The notes beneath the pieces are model-generated. The model saw only the letters and a program-made list of their open reading frames with translations. It was not told the DNA's origin and did not search any database. From contig JBQTGV010000004.1 in assembly GCA_052390515.1 (NCBI GenBank), positions 1-10,866 on the forward strand: a stretch of 10,866 nucleotides of DNA, written 5' to 3'. Below, piece by piece: positions 1 to 4,826 of the stretch. Numbering within the stretch: position 1 is the stretch's first letter; each line of letters starts with the position of its first letter. This DNA comes from Candidatus Eiseniibacteriota bacterium (GTDB lineage: Bacteria > ARS69). The translations under genes and the position numbers were made by a program.

Positions 1-125
1 GGGGGGGGGCGGGCGCCCCCTATGCGCGCGCGGCCGGGAGGCCTCCCGTGCTTACGCGCCCCAATATTATATTTTTTTTCTTGCCGCAACACTAGCCGGC
101 GGGAAGGCGGGTGAGCCGTCGAGCA

Positions 126-180
126 GCGGGGCCCGCACGCAGGGGAGTGGCCAGGGCTCCCGAGCGTGCGGGCGGTCCGC
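126..180 (-). terminator. Long GC-rich hairpin just downstream of the LVIVD gene stop codon (possible terminator or 3' stabilising stem)
   Basis: gcccgcacgc (131-140) is the perfect reverse complement of gcgtgcgggc (164-173). Inner gggag (143-147)/ctccc (157-161) and outer gcgg (126-129)/ccgc (177-180) extend the stem. There is no adjacent U-tract on the - strand. Confidence 0.45.
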
Positions 181-181
181 T

Positions 182-3100
182 TCACCTGAGCAACGTGATC
201 TTCTTCGACTCGTGGACGCCCGCCGCCTGGAGGCGGACGAAGTAGACCCCCGCGGCGACGTTCGCTCCATCGCCGTCCCGGCCGTCCCAGCTGAGCAGGT
301 GGCGCCCCGCCGTGCTTTCGCTCGCCACGAGCGAGCGGATGCGTCGTCCGGCGAGGTCGTACACCGAGACGGTGGCGGCGCCGCGGCCGGGAGGCACGGC
401 CAGCTCGATGGAAGCGATGCCGCGGCTCGGGTTGGGCCGCGGTGCGGAAAGCGCGAACTCGGTCGGCGGCGCTGCGCCTGCCGGCGCCGGCACGTCCGTC
501 ACCTGGGTGGTGGTCGAGAAGACGAGCTCGAAGAGCGATGCCGCCGACCTGCTCGGGCCCGGTGGCGCGTACGCCGCCTTGGACACCGCGATGCAGTAGA
601 AGCCGGACGCGGTGAAGGTGACCGGCGGCAGGTGCTCGTCGCCGCCCACGCCGTTCGCGTTCGCGCTGGCCATGGTCGAGGACTTCGAGTGGTACGCGAC
701 CTGGGCTCGGAAGAGGTCGAGCCGCACGTCGGTGGTGGCGTCCAGATTGTTCACGGACAGGTAGATGGGGATGCCGAGGAGCGAAGGGCCCACGTAGAAC
801 TCGAACAGCTCCAGGATCGAGCCGGAGAAGTCGATCGTCCCCGAGTAGGTGACGCCGTTGATCAGCGTGCCGAGAAACGTCGAGTTGGACTGCTGCACCG
901 TGTAGGAGTCCGTGGCGCCGTTGACGTTGACCACGGACCAGTCACGGGGTTGATTCCAGGGCACCATGTTGTGGTTGACCACGCAGAACTCGATGTCTCC
1001 GGACGACAGGTCGTTCGATTCCACGAGACGGTAGCCGAACCCGGCGGTGCTGGCGTGCAGGCGAACGTCGTACATCGCCGCCGATCCCGAGGGAAGAGAC
1101 GCGACGGCGGTCCAGTGCACCGAGTCGACGGCGGCGCGGTAGCCCACGCACGACTCCCACGGCCCCCAGCCGGAGGGCTGTGGTGTGGGCGGCGCGGCCT
1201 CGGTCACGGGTGCATGGTCCTGCAACCCGAGCGGCGACCATGCGAACCAGTCGGTGAAGGTGTTGTCCCACTCGTACTCCTCGACGACTTGCGAGAGATC
1301 GTCGAGGCGTAGCTGCACGTGGTGACGTCCTCCGCGGACGGTGCTCTGCGGGCCTCCCTGCGGCGTGTTGATCCTGTACCTGTAGTTACCGACACCCGTA
1401 GGCGTGACCGGCGCGGACCATCGCGCGGCGTCGTCGACCGCGATCGTCACCTGGCATGCCCCGGCAGTGGCCCCTCCGTCGTTGGTCCAGAGAGCGTTGA
1501 AGGACGTGTTCGCCAGGTTCCCGTCGAGAGGCGTGAGCGGCACGGAGGTGAAGGTCGCGCCGGTGTTGTTCCGCGCGACGACCGTGCCGGCCCAACCGCC
1601 CGCTGGCGGGTTCACCGGGATCAGGTTCGGCGTGGGGCCGCACTGGGCGGGGAGGATCTTGAGTCCCTCCTCGCCGCTCGCGACCAGCAGCCCATGATCG
1701 CTCATCGCCGTGCTGGACGGGCAGCATCCCAGGCTGATGCTGGTGACGAGCTGCGGGCTGAACGGATTCGAGACGTCGATCACGTGGACCGGGCCGAACC
1801 CTGACTCGTTCACGTAGGCGTAGTTGCCATCGACCGTGACGCGCTGCAGGTTGGGCAACCAGAGGCTTCCGACGAACCCCCAGTTGTTGAGGTTGAACAC
1901 GTGGAGCCCACCCGTGTCGACCAGGTAGAGGTAAGGCCACGATATATCCAGGTCCAAGGCGTAACCGCCCGGCGTCGGAGTTGTGAATACGACAACTGGG
2001 GTCTGCGGATCCGACACGTCGATAACCTGAACCCCGTTGTACGCGTCGGCGAGGTACGCGGTCGCGCCGCCTTCGACCTCGAATCGCGCGTCGCCGTAGT
2101 AGACGAGGGGTTCATAGGCGATGACCTGGGGAGCGGCGTCATTGCTGAGGTCGATCGTGTAGAATCCGCTGCCGGAGATGTCTCCATTGCTGGTGATGTA
2201 GCCCACGTCGCCCTCGACCTCGACATCATTGACGGTGAGACCACCGGGCATGATCGCGCCCGCCTCGAACGGAGCCTGCGGATTGCTCACGTCGATCACC
2301 CGCATTCCCGAGTAGCCGGTGGCGACGTACGCCCATGGCCACTGGACCTCGAGCTCGGACGCGAACCCGGGCGTGTCCACGCTTCCGACAATCTGAGGCG
2401 GGGACATCAGGAGATCGATGATCTGCAAGCCCAGACTTCCATCGGCGACGTAGGCGAGCGAGCCGTCGGCCGCAACGCCGGTGGCGGCACTTCCCGGAGT
2501 GGCCACCTGAACGAAGGGGTCGGCCGACAGCTGCAGGATGGTCAAGCCGTAGAAGGTCGCCGCGTACACCCGTGGCGGCGTCCCCGCGGTCGTCACGCCG
2601 CTCACGTACGACGAGGCGGCGTACAGCGGCACGGCGATGGTCTCGATCACGAACGCGGACGCCGGGTTCTGGATGTCCACCAGGGTGACGCCGCCCGGAG
2701 TGGCGACGTACGCGACGGTGCCGGAGACGGTCACGTCTTCCACGTTCGCGGCCAACGGCACCGAGGTGACCAGCTGCGGGGCTGCAGGATTCGAGATGTC
2801 CATGACGTGGAGGCTCGTGCCTCCCAGCGCGACGCACGCCCACGTACCGGAGACTGCCACCCCGAAGCCACCGTAGCCGGGGAATGGGGGAATGCCGGCG
2901 CTTCCCACGATCACAGGCGACGAGGGGTTCCCGAGACTCAGCACGGTGAACGTCGAAGAGTTGACACCGTAGGCGTAACCTCCCGACACGGCGACCGCGC
3001 CGGCTGCGCCGGAGCCGGTCCAGACGACCTGGGGCATCGACGGGGTCGAGATGTCGACCACGGTGAGGTTGAGCCCGGTTGCCAGATAGGCGTAGTTCCC

Positions 3101-3508
3101 CGACACGGCGACGTCGTAGCCATATTGCCCGGCCAGGCTGACGGCTCCTTGCACCTGCGGGTCGGACGGGTTCGAGATGTCGATGTGCGTGAAGAACTGG
3201 GTGCCGGCGAAGCTGCCGCCGAAGACGTACGCATGCGGACCCGAGACGTCGATGCAGTATCCGTCGACGGGCAGGATCGGGAGCGGCTCCGGGCTGGACG
3301 GATCCGAGATGTCGAAGACGGCGAGGCCGGTGAACCCCTGCGTGACGTAGGCTCGGTCCCCGTACACCCCCACGTCACTGGAGGGCTGCGGCGTGCGACC
3401 GCTTCCCTGCACCAGGGGGAAGTCGAGGTAGTCGACGCACGGGACGGAGCGGGCTGGGTCGGCGACCAGCGCCGAGAGCATCAGGACAGTGACACGAATC
3501 GTCTTCAT
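182..3508 (-). CDS. Exported LVIVD-repeat beta-propeller protein with a CARDB-like Ig domain and a C-terminal FlgD-Ig/T9SS type A sorting-like domain (1108 aa)
   Basis: The start is re-called to ATG 3508 (MKTIRVTVLMLSALVADPARS, signal-peptide-like) with GGAGG 7 nt upstream (3516-3520); the ORF-track extension to 3868 overlaps the sigma gene. About 14 repeats of type DVxVSGxYAYVA..GLxVIDISNPxxP. CARDB-like segment GGRHHVQLRLDDLSQVVEEYEWDN. The C-terminus FALSAPRPNP...VSVYDLAGRRIRSL...WDGRD.DG..VAAGVYFVRL...KKITLLR is typical of FlgD_ig/Por secretion tails. Confidence 0.88.
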   Translation of the reverse strand: MKTIRVTVLMLSALVADPARSVPCVDYLDFPLVQGSGRTPQPSSDVGVYGDRAYVTQGFTGLAVFDISDPSSPEPLPILPVDGYCIDVSGPHAYVFGGSFAGTQFFTHIDISNPSDPQVQGAVSLAGQYGYDVAVSGNYAYLATGLNLTVVDISTPSMPQVVWTGSGAAGAVAVSGGYAYGVNSSTFTVLSLGNPSSPVIVGSAGIPPFPGYGGFGVAVSGTWACVALGGTSLHVMDISNPAAPQLVTSVPLAANVEDVTVSGTVAYVATPGGVTLVDIQNPASAFVIETIAVPLYAASSYVSGVTTAGTPPRVYAATFYGLTILQLSADPFVQVATPGSAATGVAADGSLAYVADGSLGLQIIDLLMSPPQIVGSVDTPGFASELEVQWPWAYVATGYSGMRVIDVSNPQAPFEAGAIMPGGLTVNDVEVEGDVGYITSNGDISGSGFYTIDLSNDAAPQVIAYEPLVYYGDARFEVEGGATAYLADAYNGVQVIDVSDPQTPVVVFTTPTPGGYALDLDISWPYLYLVDTGGLHVFNLNNWGFVGSLWLPNLQRVTVDGNYAYVNESGFGPVHVIDVSNPFSPQLVTSISLGCCPSSTAMSDHGLLVASGEEGLKILPAQCGPTPNLIPVNPPAGGWAGTVVARNNTGATFTSVPLTPLDGNLANTSFNALWTNDGGATAGACQVTIAVDDAARWSAPVTPTGVGNYRYRINTPQGGPQSTVRGGRHHVQLRLDDLSQVVEEYEWDNTFTDWFAWSPLGLQDHAPVTEAAPPTPQPSGWGPWESCVGYRAAVDSVHWTAVASLPSGSAAMYDVRLHASTAGFGYRLVESNDLSSGDIEFCVVNHNMVPWNQPRDWSVVNVNGATDSYTVQQSNSTFLGTLINGVTYSGTIDFSGSILELFEFYVGPSLLGIPIYLSVNNLDATTDVRLDLFRAQVAYHSKSSTMASANANGVGGDEHLPPVTFTASGFYCIAVSKAAYAPPGPSRSAASLFELVFSTTTQVTDVPAPAGAAPPTEFALSAPRPNPSRGIASIELAVPPGRGAATVSVYDLAGRRIRSLVASESTAGRHLLSWDGRDGDGANVAAGVYFVRLQAAGVHESKKITLLR
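1640..3410 (-). repeat. About 14 tandem LVIVD-type repeats (~40-47 aa each) within the large exported protein
   Basis: Counted by eye in the translation, e.g. AVFDISDPSSP, THIDISNPSDP, TVVDISTPSMP, HVMDISNPAAP, TLVDIQNPAS, RVIDVSNPQAP, QVIDVSDPQTP, HVIDVSNPFSP. Confidence 0.85.
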
Positions 3509-3541
3509 GGGGGATCCTCCCTCCGGGCAAGCCGGAGCGCC

Positions 3542-3580
3542 GGTTACCCCCCCATGCGACGCGGTGTGCGGAAAGCGGAC
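3542..3580 (-). promoter_or_regulatory. Putative ECF-sigma target promoter, copy A (upstream of the LVIVD gene)
   Basis: The - strand reads GTCCGCTTTCCGCACACCGCGTCGCATGGGGGGGTAACC. It is 31/39 identical without gaps to 4169-4207 (+) and is followed by an SD and ATG. Confidence 0.7.
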
Positions 3581-3596
3581 GCGGAGGCTGCGCGCG

Positions 3597-4133
3597 TCAG
3601 CGGAGCGCGTCGAAGAGCCAGGCCCGGGCGAAGGTCCAGTCCCGCCGGACGGTGCGGTCGGTGACCCCCAGGGCCTCTGCGGTCTCCTGCGTGTTGAAGC
3701 CGCCGTAAAACCGCAGGCGAACGACGTCGGCGGCGCGGCGGTCCGAGCGGCCGAGGCGCTCGAGCGCATCGTCGAGCGCCAGGATCTCCTCGATGTCGTA
3801 GCCCACCGCCAGATCGGCGGCCGTGAGGTCCTCGAGCAGCAGGCGCTGCGGCGCCCGTCCTGATTCATCGCCGCCGCGCTTCATCCGGCCGCGCGCGCGG
3901 GCCCGCTCGATGAGGATGCGGCGCATGGCCTCCGCGGCCGCGGCGAAGAAGTGTCCGCGGCCCTGCCAGGCACCGGACTTCGCCGATTGCAGACGCAGGA
4001 ATGCCTCGTGCACGAGCTCGGTGGTCCGGAGCGTCTGGCCAGGGCGCTCGCGCTTGAGCTTGGCCCGGGCCAGCGCCCGCAGCTCCTGGTAGAGCGCCTC
4101 GAGCATCGCGCCCGTCAGCTCCGAGTCGGACAT
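3597..4133 (-). CDS. ECF RNA polymerase sigma factor, TIGR02999/ECF43-like kinase-associated type (178 aa)
   Basis: Family signatures LYQELRALA, QTLRTTELVHEAFLRL, WQGRGHFFAAAAEAMRRILIERARAR...KRGG, and region 4 LALDDALERL...VVRLRFYGGFNTQETAEALGVTDRTVRRDWTFARAWL. A Ser/Thr kinase gene is nearby and there is no obvious anti-sigma gene. Confidence 0.95.
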   Translation of the reverse strand: MSDSELTGAMLEALYQELRALARAKLKRERPGQTLRTTELVHEAFLRLQSAKSGAWQGRGHFFAAAAEAMRRILIERARARGRMKRGGDESGRAPQRLLLEDLTAADLAVGYDIEEILALDDALERLGRSDRRAADVVRLRFYGGFNTQETAEALGVTDRTVRRDWTFARAWLFDALR

Positions 4134-4139
4134 CGCTCA

Positions 4140-4148
4140 AGCCTAGCA
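4140..4148 (-). promoter_or_regulatory. Extended -10 element (TGcTAGGCT) for a probably leaderless sigma-factor transcript
   Basis: The - strand reads cgTGcTAGGCTtgagcgATG: a TGnTAnnnT pattern ending 6 nt before the ATG at 4133, with no convincing SD. Confidence 0.55.
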
Positions 4149-4168
4149 CGTCCGGGAGCCGGCACCGT

Positions 4169-4207
4169 GTCCGCCTTCCGGCCGCCGCGGCGCATGGGAG
4201 AGCAACC
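4169..4207 (+). promoter_or_regulatory. Putative ECF-sigma target promoter, copy B (upstream of the small exported protein)
   Basis: GTCCGCCTTCCGGCCGCCGCGGCGCATGGGAGAGCAACC, 31/39 identical to the reverse complement of 3542-3580. It is followed by SD GGAGGA (4217-4222) and ATG 4227. Confidence 0.7.
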
Positions 4208-4226
4208 CCCGACCCGGGAGGACCCC

Positions 4227-4754
4227 ATGCGCACCGCCATCGCCCCGGCCGTTCTGGCCCTTGCCCTGCCCCTGATCTCGATCGCGGGTTCCCCCGTATC
4301 GCGCCCGGCGCCGCCGGCGATCCCGGGCGAAGCCCGCGCCGTGCCCGCGGACCCCGCGGCCCGCATCGACCCGAACGTCTTCCGACTCGGGCCGGTCCGC
4401 GCGGAGGACCCGGTGACCCGCGCCCGGATCGAAGGGCTGTACCGGGAGCAGTTCGATCTCCGGCAGGACACGATGAGCCGGCTGCAGGAGCTCGGCGAAG
4501 CCGCGAAGGCCGCCTCCGATCCCGACGCGCTGAGAGCGTTCCACGAGGAGGGAATGCAGCTCAAGCGGGACCTGGAGCTGCGGAACATGGAGCTCGGTCT
4601 CGAGATCGCGCGGCTGAACGGCGACGAACAGCGCGCCGCCGAGTTCGAGGAGGCGCTCGATCAGCTCCGGCATCCCGAGAAGTGGATGCCGGTGCACCAG
4701 CCCGACCCCGAGTTGCAGGCGCGCCGCCTGCGTGAGCTCGGGATCACCGAATAG
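4227..4754 (+). CDS. Hypothetical exported alpha-helical protein (175 aa)
   Basis: ATG 4227 with SD GGAGGA. The N-terminus MRTAIAPAVLALALPLISIAG is signal-peptide-like. It is followed by a Pro/Ala linker and then E/R/L/A-rich amphipathic helices. The gene fills the gap between sigma and kinase in the kinase orientation. Confidence 0.8.
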   Translation: MRTAIAPAVLALALPLISIAGSPVSRPAPPAIPGEARAVPADPAARIDPNVFRLGPVRAEDPVTRARIEGLYREQFDLRQDTMSRLQELGEAAKAASDPDALRAFHEEGMQLKRDLELRNMELGLEIARLNGDEQRAAEFEEALDQLRHPEKWMPVHQPDPELQARRLRELGITE

Positions 4755-4814
4755 CGGCCGCAGAGGGTACCGGGCCGGCGGACGCACTCGCTTTCCCGGG
4801 CGTGCCCGGTGGGG

Positions 4815-4820
4815 TACGCT
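4815..4820 (+). promoter_or_regulatory. Putative -10 hexamer TACGCT for a leaderless kinase transcript
   Basis: TACGCT-cggtcc-ATG(4827): a TAnnnT hexamer 6 nt before the start codon, with no purine-rich SD at the usual spacing. Confidence 0.45.
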
Positions 4821-4826
4821 CGGTCC

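Noticed and set aside
212-3664. Long + strand ORFs (366, 161 and 587 aa) antisense to the LVIVD gene
   Set aside because: These are R/G/D/V-rich shadow translations with no domains, fully overlapping a well-supported gene.
3509-3868. 120-aa N-terminal extension of the LVIVD ORF in the ORF track
   Set aside because: It overlaps the sigma gene in another frame and is low-complexity. ATG 3508 has an SD and a signal peptide.
3542-4207. Inverted repeats read as IS/MITE ends or an invertible switch
   Set aside because: There is no transposase or recombinase in the window, no evident target-site duplication, and 8 mismatches. The position before SD-led genes fits promoters better. It is kept only as a minor alternative.
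3951-4226. Upstream extension of the small exported protein ORF
   Set aside because: It overlaps the sigma gene on the opposite strand. ATG 4227 has a strong SD and begins the signal peptide.
4785-4826. Possible third copy of the ECF motif upstream of the kinase (CGCTTTCC)
   Set aside because: Only the spacer-like 8-mer matches. There is no GTCC and no CGCAT at the right spacing.
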